In this document: in pieces, positions 21,103 through 32,439 of the stretch | Numbering within the stretch: position 1 is the stretch's first letter | How the letters are laid out: each line of letters opens with the position of its first letter | Assembly: GCA_020184695.1 (NCBI GenBank) | Contig: JAANOX010000099.1 | Span: 1-64,000 of the forward strand | DNA length: 64,000 nucleotides | Direction: 5' to 3' | Source of the DNA: Histomonas meleagridis 2922-C6/04-290x | Taxonomy: Eukaryota > Protista > Parabasalia | Translations under genes and position numbers: made by a program | Notes under the pieces: generated by a model | Databases searched by the model: none | Told to the model about the DNA's origin: nothing | What the model saw: only the letters and a program-made list of their open reading frames with translations

Positions 21103-23631
21103 ATGAGCGAAGAAACAATTTCTCCTTTTAAAAACATGACATCTTCCGTAGAAAGCGAAATTATACTAACACAAGGAGTGCAAAATGAATTAGCAAAATA
21201 CCGGAAAATAAATACAGATTTACAGCTTCAAATTAATTTTCTAAAAACAGAACTAAGCTCTGCTAAAAAACAAATAAATAAGTATGAATTAGATGTAAGA
21301 GCTAAAAATAAGTTAGAAATTGAATTAACTGATTCAAAAGAAAAAATTCAAAATTTAATCAATGAAAGAGAAAAATACAAAAAAGAAATAAGTGACCAAA
21401 AACGAACCATCGCTGATTTGAATAAGAAATTAACCAGCCATCAATCTTTACACAAACAAGAAATTGAAAAGTTAACAAATTCAAAATTATCTCTCAGGAA
21501 AAAGTGTGAAAGTTTATACACTGAATTAAATGAATCAAAAAATAAATTAGAATCAATCCAGAAACTTAACATTGAGCTTCTTGCAAAACAAAATCAATAT
21601 AAACAAAAATGTAAAAACTTTGAAAAATTACTTAATGAATCCAATTTAAAGATCATGTCATTAAATAAAGAACGTAGTTCTTTTCTTGTTACCAATCAAA
21701 CTCTTAAAGATGAATTACTTTCACTTCAACTCGAATTTGAATCCTTTAAAATAAATCAAAAGGAAAGCCATTCAAACAATAAAATCATTAAACAAGACAA
21801 CAATGATCTTAAAAGATCAATTGAATTTTTACAATCGCAAATTAAATTACAACAAACCGAACTATCAAAATATTCACAAGAACGTGAACAACTTATTAAT
21901 GCGATTGGTAATTTTAATTTAATTTTATATAAAACAGAAGAACAATTGGCCGATAAAGTCAAAGAAAACGAAAGGATCAAAAAACGATCAAATTTAAGTC
22001 AATTTGTTCTACAAGACAAATTCGACATTTCGCAAATAAAAATTCCATTTTCAAATGAAAAATTAAATAAACAATGTCATGAAATAATATTAATGAAGCA
22101 ATATGAACCAATTCAACGAGTTCAAATGATAATAAATCAAACTTCAAAATTACTTGATAATTATAAATCACAAGAAAATGTCATAAATGAATTAGAACAA
22201 AAAATCACGAAAACGAAAGAAGAAAATAATAAAACAAAAGAAATATTAAATGCAATAATTTCCGGCCTTAAAAATTTATCAAAAATTAATTTGGAACTTG
22301 ATAACATAAGTTTTTGTGATAAAGATGAAGAATTCCAAAATTTTATTGCTAAAAATTGTTCAAGTTACATAGAATTTAATGATCCAGAAATAATACCTGT
22401 TAACATATTAATAACAAGTTCACCTGAAACCCGGAGAAAAGTTATAAACAAACTTGTAAATGATGATAATGATTCATTTTGTTTATTTACAACTCTTTTT
22501 TTAATAAACCAACGTTTGAATGAAATGAATAAAATGTTAATGAATTCATCTGTTAAAAAGTTAGAATATGAACGAATTGCTAAACAAATTGGAGCAAAAT
22601 CAATTGAAGAAATTCCAATAATAATTAAAAACTTAATGAATAAACTTAAAAAGATTAAAGAATCAAGAATTAAATTACGTGAAACTATATATAATAATCC
22701 AATAATAAAGCAAAATGAAAATAAAAAAGTAAATTATTTCGATGAAATATTAAAATTAAAAAATGAAAATGAAAAATATCGAAATGAAAATAATAATTTA
22801 CAAAATGAAATCGAAAAATTAAATGAAACTATTACTAATTTAAAACTTAAAAATGTGAAACAATATGTAATTAATGATTTACAAAGTGAGGTTGAAAAGT
22901 TACAAAATAACAATAAAAAACTTCAGAATGAACTTGAAAATACAAATAAAACATTAGATAATGTAAAATCGAAATATTTTATGTTCCAAATTCATTCCAA
23001 ACAAAATAAACTTAATGAAAATAATTTAAAAGAACAATTTCAACAACTTCAAAATAAATATGAAAATCTTGAAACAGAATCAAATAAAACAATAAAATAT
23101 CTAAAAAGACAATTAAAGAAATATATAAATGAAAATAAAAATAATGAAACAATTGACGAAATCAGAAATAATTATGAAAAAGTTATTGATAATATGAATC
23201 AAAATTCCGAAACTTTTAAAGAAAAAATCGAATTTCTTTCCGATTCATTAAAGAACATTGAACAATTAAATGAAAAACTTAAGAAAGAAAACGAATTAAT
23301 AAGAAATATATCAAATGAAAATGAACAAAAAATTTTAACATTACAAAATGTAATTGAAAGAGAAAAACAAAAATTTGGCGAAAAATTAGCAGCAAAACAA
23401 ATAGAAATAGAAAATAATCAACATAACAAAGTCGAAATAATAAAAGAAAAAATGTTAAACGAAATGAATATTTGGAAAGAAACAATAATTAATGAAATTG
23501 GTCAATATTATATGTTCGATAAAAATGATATATCCGATGAAACATTTAAAAATGTTATAAATAGAATAAAAGAAGATATTCATAAACTACAAATTTTCCA
23601 AGAAAAACTCTCATTAAGTGATCCTGAATAA
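21103..23631 (+). CDS. long coiled-coil protein
   Basis: 842-aa K/E/N/Q/L-rich heptad sequence. Confidence 0.8.
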   Translation: MSEETISPFKNMTSSVESEIILTQGVQNELAKYRKINTDLQLQINFLKTELSSAKKQINKYELDVRAKNKLEIELTDSKEKIQNLINEREKYKKEISDQKRTIADLNKKLTSHQSLHKQEIEKLTNSKLSLRKKCESLYTELNESKNKLESIQKLNIELLAKQNQYKQKCKNFEKLLNESNLKIMSLNKERSSFLVTNQTLKDELLSLQLEFESFKINQKESHSNNKIIKQDNNDLKRSIEFLQSQIKLQQTELSKYSQEREQLINAIGNFNLILYKTEEQLADKVKENERIKKRSNLSQFVLQDKFDISQIKIPFSNEKLNKQCHEIILMKQYEPIQRVQMIINQTSKLLDNYKSQENVINELEQKITKTKEENNKTKEILNAIISGLKNLSKINLELDNISFCDKDEEFQNFIAKNCSSYIEFNDPEIIPVNILITSSPETRRKVINKLVNDDNDSFCLFTTLFLINQRLNEMNKMLMNSSVKKLEYERIAKQIGAKSIEEIPIIIKNLMNKLKKIKESRIKLRETIYNNPIIKQNENKKVNYFDEILKLKNENEKYRNENNNLQNEIEKLNETITNLKLKNVKQYVINDLQSEVEKLQNNNKKLQNELENTNKTLDNVKSKYFMFQIHSKQNKLNENNLKEQFQQLQNKYENLETESNKTIKYLKRQLKKYINENKNNETIDEIRNNYEKVIDNMNQNSETFKEKIEFLSDSLKNIEQLNEKLKKENELIRNISNENEQKILTLQNVIEREKQKFGEKLAAKQIEIENNQHNKVEIIKEKMLNEMNIWKETIINEIGQYYMFDKNDISDETFKNVINRIKEDIHKLQIFQEKLSLSDPE

Positions 23632-23905
23632 AATATAAAGTGTCGTTTATTTATTTTTTTTATTTGTTAAAATCAAATTTTTATATCAATGAAAAAACTT
23701 TTAAAACTAAAATTTTTAATATTTAATAATTCTTTTGTTCGATATGTATTCGTTAGTGTATCGTTATAAATTTTTCAGATAAAAAAATTTTAAATTCTTT
23801 ATTATTTTGCAGTTTGATAAAAATGAGATTTTTATTTTTATCATTTAACACATTATTAATAAAAATTTGGTGAATAACTGAAAGATTTTTCATGGTTATT
23901 CTTCA

Positions 23906-26206
23906 ATGAATGATGTTATACATAAAACAAATGAATTAGAATTAGAACACATGGAAGAAAAACAATTTAATAATGAAAATTATAAATCAGAAATTTCTAA
24001 ATGGGAACAATTTAAAATATATTTTAAATTTATGATGATGATACGTATAAGGAGTGTTAGATGGTATATTTTGCTTTTTTTTAGTATAGCTTACTCAATA
24101 TTAGCAGGTTTGAATTCACACAAAGGAGAAAGAAAGGAAATTGAAAATCCTGAAGTTTTATCTATTAATAACTCTTGGAAATTTCTGAATGAATTTATAA
24201 AATTCAGGGATTATCATGTATGTTATGCGCCACTGAATGAAAGTATTAAGAATTTTACAAATGATTTTATTCCTAATTATTCTTTGATTCGAGGTTTTCC
24301 AACAAGAGCAAAAATGGAAAATTTTCTTAAAGAAAAAAAATATAAAGGCTTTGGTTATACCCTTACAAAAGATTATTCTTTCGAACTAATTTCTGACGTT
24401 TCAAGTGTTAGAAGATATTTTATACATGGATTTTTTGATTATGTTTTAACGAAAATTAAAAAATTAAAAATGAATATTAAATATATGGGTTATGCAAGTA
24501 TAATTACAGATAAATTCTTATCATCATCAATTTTTGAAATTTTAATAGGATTTATTTTTACTATTGCTTCGGATTCTTTAATATATTATTATCTAAGCAA
24601 TGAAAAAATATTTTTTATGCTTAGAATCTATAATTTATCGGAGCTGGTTAAATTTTTAACAAATGCATTTATTTATTTTATTGAAGAATTACCATGCATT
24701 ATAATAACAACATACATGACTTGTTTTAAGGCAATAGGATCACAAGGTACAGATATTTCTTTATATTTAATTGGAATTATATTACATATTATTAGTATAA
24801 TATGTTTAACTTTTATAGGACAACAATTATGTTATTTTAAAGTATCATCAACTATATTTATTATCATTCTTTTATGTTTATGTCGCCTTTTCCCATTTCT
24901 TTTATCCTTTTATGATAAAATTTCAGATTCAGCTTGGATTCCTTTAATTATTTTATTCCCATTTGCAGGTTTCTCTTATTTTAATGCATTAATTTTACAG
25001 GCTAAGACAAGCGGATTTTCTCTTTCATGGAATTATATTTCGTATAAGTTAAATACTATCTCAACTTTAGAAGTATTAATTTGTATGTTTGCAAATACAA
25101 TATTATATATAATTTTAACAATATTACTTACTTTAATAATATCGCCTTTATATGGAACTCCATTAATCTATTGGAGAAAATTTTTTAAAAAGGAACAATG
25201 GAAAAGATTATTTAAAAAAGAAGAAAATAATTTTCATAAATATAATGAAGTAATTCGATTTGAACATATATCTAAATATTATGGGAAAACAAAGGCTCTT
25301 GACGATGTCTCTTTATATATTAACTCAGGAGAAGTAATTGTTACAATAGGATCAAATGGTTCTGGGAAATCTACATTAATTAATTCTTTAATCGGAACAT
25401 TTCCAACAACTAAAGGAACAATTTATTTTTGTAATGAGCCAATTAATAATGATTTTTCTCTCATATATAGAAATTTGGGAATTGTTTTCCAAGATAATAT
25501 TATAATTAAAGAATTTACTGTTTATGAAATGTTAAAATTATTTGATTCACTTACAGGAAAAGATGAAAATGAAATTGAAAAAGATATTCAATATTATTCA
25601 TCAACACTTGAATTAAATGAATGTCTTAATAATAAAGCAGATAAAATTAGTGGTGGACAAAAGAGAAAATTACAATTAATTCTTGCTTTACTTAAATCGC
25701 CTAAATTATTAATTTTTGATGAACTAACAACAGGTGTTGACGTACAATCAAAACAATTTATTCAAAAGATTTTAGATAATTTTAAAGATAGTACAATTTT
25801 AATGACAACACATTCATTCGAAGAATCTGAAATGTTAGCTTCTAGAATTGTTGTGATGCAAAAAGGTCATATATCATTTTGTGGTACTGCTGTTGATATG
25901 AGAAATGAATATAATTGTGGTTATAATATTACAATAATTGATGGAGAGCCAAATATGGAAGGTGTTCTTAATGTTATAAGAAGTATTGTTCCTGAAGCAA
26001 CTTTTTCTAGAAATAATATGTTGACAATTTTTATACCAAATGATTTAAGAGTTGCTGATGTTTTGGAAAAACTAGAATCAATGAAAAATGAATTAGGGTT
26101 TGAAAATTATACAATACTAATTGAAAGCTTAGAAGAAATAATGCAAAAGATCATCGAAAAAGATGATTTAGATATAGAATTTAAAAATAATCAGAATTCT
26201 GAATAA
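23906..26206 (+). CDS. ABCA-family half ABC transporter
   Basis: N-terminal TM + loop + TM cluster; Walker A GSNGSGKST, signature SGGQKRK, Walker B LLIFDE, TTH, YNCGY. Confidence 0.9.
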   Translation: MNDVIHKTNELELEHMEEKQFNNENYKSEISKWEQFKIYFKFMMMIRIRSVRWYILLFFSIAYSILAGLNSHKGERKEIENPEVLSINNSWKFLNEFIKFRDYHVCYAPLNESIKNFTNDFIPNYSLIRGFPTRAKMENFLKEKKYKGFGYTLTKDYSFELISDVSSVRRYFIHGFFDYVLTKIKKLKMNIKYMGYASIITDKFLSSSIFEILIGFIFTIASDSLIYYYLSNEKIFFMLRIYNLSELVKFLTNAFIYFIEELPCIIITTYMTCFKAIGSQGTDISLYLIGIILHIISIICLTFIGQQLCYFKVSSTIFIIILLCLCRLFPFLLSFYDKISDSAWIPLIILFPFAGFSYFNALILQAKTSGFSLSWNYISYKLNTISTLEVLICMFANTILYIILTILLTLIISPLYGTPLIYWRKFFKKEQWKRLFKKEENNFHKYNEVIRFEHISKYYGKTKALDDVSLYINSGEVIVTIGSNGSGKSTLINSLIGTFPTTKGTIYFCNEPINNDFSLIYRNLGIVFQDNIIIKEFTVYEMLKLFDSLTGKDENEIEKDIQYYSSTLELNECLNNKADKISGGQKRKLQLILALLKSPKLLIFDELTTGVDVQSKQFIQKILDNFKDSTILMTTHSFEESEMLASRIVVMQKGHISFCGTAVDMRNEYNCGYNITIIDGEPNMEGVLNVIRSIVPEATFSRNNMLTIFIPNDLRVADVLEKLESMKNELGFENYTILIESLEEIMQKIIEKDDLDIEFKNNQNSE

Positions 26207-26434
26207 AAAAAAGATTATTAAATACATATTTTATTCATAAGAAATTTTATAATTGATCAATTATATTAACACGAATCCTTTTGATAAGATATTATTCATT
26301 GTTAAAAATAATTTGACGACGTTCGTTTTTTGTATCGATATAAAATAAAATCATTAAAAAGTAAATTTTCAATAGTTAAAAAACGTTGAAATGGAACGGT
26401 TTGGCGGCAAAAAATTTTGAAGATTGGAGACCAA

Positions 26435-28135
26435 ATGACTCAAGAAATGCAAATGTGCGTCGAATTCCGAGAGACATTCCAAATGTTGTCCGATTCGTTG
26501 CTGAAGTTGCAAGAAACAGATCCTTCCATATCTGAAAATGTCAAAGAGATAAAATCAAAAACAGAAGTTATTGGAAAAAGCATATTGACATCATTGAAAT
26601 TTCAGGAAAAGCGTAAGGCTGTTAGCTCTTTTATCACAGATATTTCAAAAATTCTTCATCAAATCAAATCTAAGTATGAAAATGAACTTGACTATACAAA
26701 ATATGACTTTCTTCAAAGAGCTCCTGATGGGCGCTTTGTTTTCGTTGTAAAACTTAAGTCATTACACAATTCTATCAATAAGGAAAATGAAGAAATACTT
26801 AGCCAAATCACAAAAGACTTAACTCGTTTATCAGATAAATCCATGGCACCAGCCGGACTTATTTCGAAGCTTCAATCGGACATTGTTAATCTTTCCAATA
26901 ATTTTGGTGTATTATATCCAGATGATAAGTCATATGACATCATTAAAGAGTATGAGAACTCTATTTTCAAAGCAGAATTCATTATATCAACCAATGAGCT
27001 TGAGAAAATTGCAAAAAATTTCAACATTGAATATGAAGGATTAACAGAAACGCCAAAAGCTAAAGAAGAAGAACCAGCACCTAAACCTAAACCCAAACCA
27101 GCTGCACCTATTAGTGGCTTACCAATGGGACTACCACCATTTCAACTTGGCGGAAATCCATTATTATCACAACGAAGGGCATCAATTAACTCACCTACGA
27201 CTCCATTTAACAGCTTTACGCCAAAAGTGAATGCATTTCAACTACCGAAAGCTCCATTTGAACCACATAATCAAGCAAACAATAACAATGAAAATGAAAT
27301 TGCAAAAATTAATGAAGAAATCAAATCGCAACATAAACACTTTACGAAGTTAATTAATAAGATGCAAAAAGAAATCGATGAATTAAAAGTAGAAAAATCA
27401 AATTATAAATCTCTTTATGATCGTGTAGATCGACAATTTCTTGATTTCCAAGTTCAACTTGAAGATATACGATTGGTGCAACAAAACATTACATTCGAAT
27501 TGGAGGAATTTAAACAAAGAACAGAAGAAAAATTACAAGAAAATATGAACATGACTTATAAAATACTTCAACAAATCGAAGCAATGCAAAAGAATACAAA
27601 CACTAACAACGAAGATACAAACAAAAATAATATAAGCATCAAAAACAATGTAAACAGCAAAAACATTGAAGCATTTGAAATAAATGGAAACATCAGAAGC
27701 TTCAGAAACAATGAAAACAATGAAGATGTTGGAAGTCTTCAATGTAACGAAGATATTGGAAGTCTTCAAAGTTTCGAAGAAATTGCAAGCATTAAAAGTA
27801 TTGAGGATGTTGGAAGTCTTCAAGGCAATGAAGATAATGAAAGTCTTCAAAGTCTTGAAGATGTTGGAAGTCTACAATGCAATGAAGATATGGGAAGTCT
27901 ACAATGCAATGAAGATATGGGAAGTCTACAATGCAATGAAGATATGGGAAGTCTACAATGCAATGAAGATATGGGAAGCCTTCAAGGTGATGAAGATATT
28001 GGAAGTCTTCGGGGTGATGAAGATGTCGGAAGTCTGCAAAGTTATGAAGACATTATAAGCATTAAAAGTCTTGAAGAAATTCCAAAAAATGATAAAAATG
28101 ATGGCAGTGAAAATTCAAATGTTGATAAAGAATAA
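26435..28135 (+). CDS. hypothetical protein: helical N-terminus, Pro-rich linker, coiled coil, C-terminal 9-aa repeats
   Basis: First in-frame ATG at 26435; PAPKPKPKPAAP linker; repeat tail. Confidence 0.8.
   Translation: MTQEMQMCVEFRETFQMLSDSLLKLQETDPSISENVKEIKSKTEVIGKSILTSLKFQEKRKAVSSFITDISKILHQIKSKYENELDYTKYDFLQRAPDGRFVFVVKLKSLHNSINKENEEILSQITKDLTRLSDKSMAPAGLISKLQSDIVNLSNNFGVLYPDDKSYDIIKEYENSIFKAEFIISTNELEKIAKNFNIEYEGLTETPKAKEEEPAPKPKPKPAAPISGLPMGLPPFQLGGNPLLSQRRASINSPTTPFNSFTPKVNAFQLPKAPFEPHNQANNNNENEIAKINEEIKSQHKHFTKLINKMQKEIDELKVEKSNYKSLYDRVDRQFLDFQVQLEDIRLVQQNITFELEEFKQRTEEKLQENMNMTYKILQQIEAMQKNTNTNNEDTNKNNISIKNNVNSKNIEAFEINGNIRSFRNNENNEDVGSLQCNEDIGSLQSFEEIASIKSIEDVGSLQGNEDNESLQSLEDVGSLQCNEDMGSLQCNEDMGSLQCNEDMGSLQCNEDMGSLQGDEDIGSLRGDEDVGSLQSYEDIISIKSLEEIPKNDKNDGSENSNVDKE
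27719..28069 (+). repeat. coding minisatellite, 13 x 27 nt (NEDMGSLQC)
   Basis: Central units are identical (aatgaagatatgggaagtctacaatgc); flanking units diverge. Confidence 0.95.
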
Positions 28136-28301
28136 TGATGACAATAGGCTGTTGGTTGTTTGAAATTCTTTTTCAAAGAATAAACAATATTTTCTTATTT
28201 TTAATTTCGTTTCTTCGTTGAGAAAAGAAGTGAAATCAAATTCTGAGTAAAGTATTGAAAAGTGTTAATTTAAACGTACTCGAAAATACGTTTTAATTTT
28301 G

Positions 28302-31300
28302 ATGGCTGATTCTAACGAGGTGCTTGCAAGATCAAATGAACTTTTAGCTCGTGTCAGACAGCAAATCAATGAAGGGCCAACATTCCTAAGAGAATTAGCA
28401 CAACCTCAAAGAACTCCAGTATCTGTGCCATTTATGCCAAACACAATTTCACTTGATGAATCATTTCGTTCAACGCAAGATATCAATGAAAGTCGTCCAC
28501 AACCATCTCAACCACAAAATGAATCTACAACAATGAATGCAGAAACTGTCAATCGACTTAAAGATTTATTCCGCCGTCAAATGTCACAACTACAATCACC
28601 ATTAACCAAAAATGTAGCTGCAGAACAAGAATCCAACAAAAGTGAATCATCCAATGATCTTGATGAAGAAATATCTCAACTAGAGCTTGAAGATGAACCC
28701 AAATTTATTGAACCACAACCTATTCTTGATCAACCATTTGTTATAATTAATCGTAAAACCACAACTAATGAACCAGATCAGCCACTTTTATCTCAAGCAA
28801 ATGTTGCATATCCATTACAAAACGATGATGTTCCACTTGTATCAGGTTCTGACATTGCTGAGGATGGTTTATGGGTCCCAGATTTACCATTATGCAAACC
28901 AGAAAATGTTCGTCGATTAGAATATCGACTTTTATGGGATGATCCTCGTCGAGAATTTTATTTTGGGGCCGACTATGGGATGAAAGTTGATACGCCACCA
29001 TTAACGCAAATCCCACCACCATTTCCATTAGAGCCCATTACACATCGTGGGTATGAAGACATAAATTATGCTCCTGCTAGTGTCTGGGGGATAGAAGACG
29101 TCGATATCACGCGTTCATTTAAGATCGAAGTGACAAATGTTCAATTCTTTGTTCATCCTCTATCGTCCTCTGAAGACATTCTCTCAATGAAAATCCGACA
29201 GCTATACACAGCTTATGTCAAAGACCAAGAGTTATCACGAGTACATTATTACAAAGATCGAATTCAAGCAATTCGAAAAGCGCTCAACACCGAAGAGAAC
29301 ACCGAGAAACAATACGAATATTACAAACAACTCAAAGAAGCACGCGAAATGCGCGACATGGAAGAGCATAACTCACGCATGATTCGCGAGTCATTAATCC
29401 AAGCGTGGCAAGAGCTAAAAAAGATACGAACGAACAATTCGTTTACATCGACATCGTTATCATTAAAATGGCAAAGTCGGAAATATTCGGAAGAAGAGAA
29501 ACAACTCGAAGAAAAAGCATTTGAAGAAGACTTAAAACGAAGGACACAAGAAGAAATGAAACTAGCTGAATTCGAAGGGAAAAAACTTAATTCAGATGAA
29601 GTCATGAAACAACTTCATGATCGACATGTCGAATTAGGATTACGAATGCCAGGCGATTCACAATGGAAACCAATTCTATCAAATAATGCCGAAGTTACAC
29701 CATTCGAAGAATGTACTAAAGAAGAACAAGAAAGAAGACAAACGATAACAGAAGCGAAGATATATATCAAAATATTCATTAACAATGATGAGACAACAAA
29801 AACTAATGAATATCCATTAGACTCAACATTCCGTTGTGACTTTAAAGCAGGAACACAATTTAAAACAACAGTAATACCACAAAAGATATCATTACAATTA
29901 TGGGAAACTGGTTATATTAAGCGTCCACGTTATATATCGACAATTGTATTACCAATAACTATAGGTACAAATCCGGAATTTAATTCATTTGAATTTACTT
30001 CCGATTTTACAAATGATGAAGGTCAACTTATAATGGGCACTATTAACGCAAGATGTTTCATCGAGCCTGATCCTAACACGGAATTATTCTTAAGATGTCC
30101 TGATGTACAAGTCCAAAAGACTAAAAGAAGATTAGCAGCAGACCCTTCATCATTTATGTCAGTACCATATTTACTTAAATATATCGATAGTCATGACCCA
30201 AATGATCCTTATACAACTGCAATGACAACATCGATATTAGCACAAAGAAATGCTGAAAGAGTTGTCGGGAAGTTTCGATTAGATTCACAGATTAATGCAA
30301 CGACATTTGAATCTTTAGTACCGACAACAGTTGGAATGCAATTACAAAATCGTATTAAAAAACTCCAAGAAATGGATGAGAAACAAATGCAAAAGAAGAA
30401 AGAGAAACCAAAAGATTTCATCGAGAAATTAAAAGAAAATGAACTTGTACAAAGTACTACTGTATCAACGAATGTACAATTAAGTGACGTAGTACGTGAA
30501 GCACCAATGCCAACTGTACCAGCAGTGTTTACATTCTTTAAGAACATTATAGGTATGTATCGACCATTAAAACCAATTCGAATACAAAGAACTACTTCAA
30601 CTAAAATCGAGGCTTATTCGAAATTAGTGATTAGAATAGTTCGAGCAATGAATATTCCAGAAAGAACAAAATTAGGTACTGGACCTGGTACTGTTTCTTC
30701 ATTAATATATTCTTCAACAAAAGATTCAAATACAAATATATATTGTAAAGTTACATACTTAAAACAAAGTAAAAAAACGAGAGTCGTACAAGGGAAAAAT
30801 GCAGAATGGAACCAAAGCTTCGAATTCCCAATATCAAATGATCAAGATCAAGTGCCAAATCTTGAAGATGTAGCAAAGCTAAATTTAAGAATAGACTTAT
30901 TCGACGAAATTTCATTCCAAGTTATATCAGATGATAGAGAAGAACAAATGAAACATGAACTAATTGAGCCACGTTTCTTAGGGTCTTTAGTAATACCAAT
31001 TAGTAGTATTTGGGCAACTGGTATTATCGATGGAATTGTGTCAATTAATGAGCCTTGTTTCCAATTAGGATATTCTAAGCCTGAAGATCCGTTTAGAATG
31101 TCATTATATTTGACATTAGATCCACCAATAATTATTCCAGATTTTGTGGGGGATTTAGGAAGTGGCGAAAATGAGGCTGTGATACTTAGGGCTAAAAATT
31201 GGTTGATTAAGATGAATGAAATGAAATTTAAGAAGAAAAGAAGAATTATTTTGATGGCTTATCCAAAAAATGCTAAACCTATTATAGCTTGTAGGATGGT

Positions 31301-32252
31301 AAGGAAACAAAACCCTCCTGATGGATTTAATACTCCTTTACAATTATTAAGATTCGTTTCGATGATTCCAAATGCTTCTGACGCGGAGGTTTTCAACACA
31401 ATTAATGATGTGTGGTTTACATCAGGGCAGTTTTTATCGTTGAACGCTGGCGACGAAGAAGAACACGCGTTACTTTTATGTAATACATTCAAAAGCATCG
31501 GTTTGGATTCTTATGTTGCTTTAGGTTATGATTTAATTAATGGAAAACATGCTTTTGTTATAACAAAAGAATCAGGTAGAATTACTTTATGGGATCCTAT
31601 AATGGGACGTTGTTGGAATTCAAAAGATAGATTTTGTTCATTTTATAATATCGGTATAATATTTAACGAAGAAAATGTTTGGGCTAATATACAAAGTGAC
31701 GTAGAACCATATAAGGTTGATTGGAATATTCATAATAATAAGTTATGGTATCCATTCTTTTCATCAGATTTTAAAATGCCTCCTTTAGATTCTCCTCAAG
31801 AAGATCATTTAGAGTATAAACAAACCGATGACTCTTTAGCTAGAAGAACTGAAAGAGAACTTGATAATGCAATTAAAAGTGCTGTTGAAAGATGGAGAGA
31901 ACATCAAAGAACAAGTTGGAATCCTCAATTTGCAGAAAAGTTAAGAAGCGCATTGGAAACTTGTGAAAGAGCTGCTTTAAATGATCCAAATACTAATTAT
32001 CAAACAATTATTGATAATTTGGCATCACAATATACATCATATAGAATGAATGGAGGCCCATTTTGTATGACTTTTACAACTATTGATGACGTAATTAATG
32101 AAGTATCGCTTCAGGAAGTTTGGAAAACTGAATCACCATCTACAGATTTCGCTTTAGGTGTTTATGTCGTGCCTTATCCAAATGGAATTTTAGTTGTGTG
32201 GGTAATATTGGCGTGTTTGCAATATATCCAAGAAGCACATCCTCCTTTGTAG
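28302..32252 (+). CDS. CC2D2A: CC2D2A/MKS6-like ciliary transition-zone protein
   Basis: Coiled coil, C2 domains (LVIRIVRAMNIP...NAEWNQSF), C-terminal transglutaminase-like region GDEEEHALLLCN...HAFVIT...LWDP. Confidence 0.85.
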   Translation: MADSNEVLARSNELLARVRQQINEGPTFLRELAQPQRTPVSVPFMPNTISLDESFRSTQDINESRPQPSQPQNESTTMNAETVNRLKDLFRRQMSQLQSPLTKNVAAEQESNKSESSNDLDEEISQLELEDEPKFIEPQPILDQPFVIINRKTTTNEPDQPLLSQANVAYPLQNDDVPLVSGSDIAEDGLWVPDLPLCKPENVRRLEYRLLWDDPRREFYFGADYGMKVDTPPLTQIPPPFPLEPITHRGYEDINYAPASVWGIEDVDITRSFKIEVTNVQFFVHPLSSSEDILSMKIRQLYTAYVKDQELSRVHYYKDRIQAIRKALNTEENTEKQYEYYKQLKEAREMRDMEEHNSRMIRESLIQAWQELKKIRTNNSFTSTSLSLKWQSRKYSEEEKQLEEKAFEEDLKRRTQEEMKLAEFEGKKLNSDEVMKQLHDRHVELGLRMPGDSQWKPILSNNAEVTPFEECTKEEQERRQTITEAKIYIKIFINNDETTKTNEYPLDSTFRCDFKAGTQFKTTVIPQKISLQLWETGYIKRPRYISTIVLPITIGTNPEFNSFEFTSDFTNDEGQLIMGTINARCFIEPDPNTELFLRCPDVQVQKTKRRLAADPSSFMSVPYLLKYIDSHDPNDPYTTAMTTSILAQRNAERVVGKFRLDSQINATTFESLVPTTVGMQLQNRIKKLQEMDEKQMQKKKEKPKDFIEKLKENELVQSTTVSTNVQLSDVVREAPMPTVPAVFTFFKNIIGMYRPLKPIRIQRTTSTKIEAYSKLVIRIVRAMNIPERTKLGTGPGTVSSLIYSSTKDSNTNIYCKVTYLKQSKKTRVVQGKNAEWNQSFEFPISNDQDQVPNLEDVAKLNLRIDLFDEISFQVISDDREEQMKHELIEPRFLGSLVIPISSIWATGIIDGIVSINEPCFQLGYSKPEDPFRMSLYLTLDPPIIIPDFVGDLGSGENEAVILRAKNWLIKMNEMKFKKKRRIILMAYPKNAKPIIACRMVRKQNPPDGFNTPLQLLRFVSMIPNASDAEVFNTINDVWFTSGQFLSLNAGDEEEHALLLCNTFKSIGLDSYVALGYDLINGKHAFVITKESGRITLWDPIMGRCWNSKDRFCSFYNIGIIFNEENVWANIQSDVEPYKVDWNIHNNKLWYPFFSSDFKMPPLDSPQEDHLEYKQTDDSLARRTERELDNAIKSAVERWREHQRTSWNPQFAEKLRSALETCERAALNDPNTNYQTIIDNLASQYTSYRMNGGPFCMTFTTIDDVINEVSLQEVWKTESPSTDFALGVYVVPYPNGILVVWVILACLQYIQEAHPPL

Positions 32253-32439
32253 TTATATGTTTGTTTTGTTTTTATGTATTTTATATAAACTGAATATGTT
32301 ATTAATTTTGTTCTTTAATTATTTTCAAGAAAAATTGCTAATGAATAAGTAAATTTCGCTTTTTTTTTTAAATATGAAAAATGATGGCGAACGTTTAATA
32401 GTAAACGTTCATAACCGATAGAGGAGATACACATTGGAA

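Noticed and set aside
27684-28058. Overlapping 124-aa ORF (MKIWEVYNA repeats) in a second frame
   Set aside because: A by-product of the 27-nt repeat lacking stops in that frame; no independent start context.
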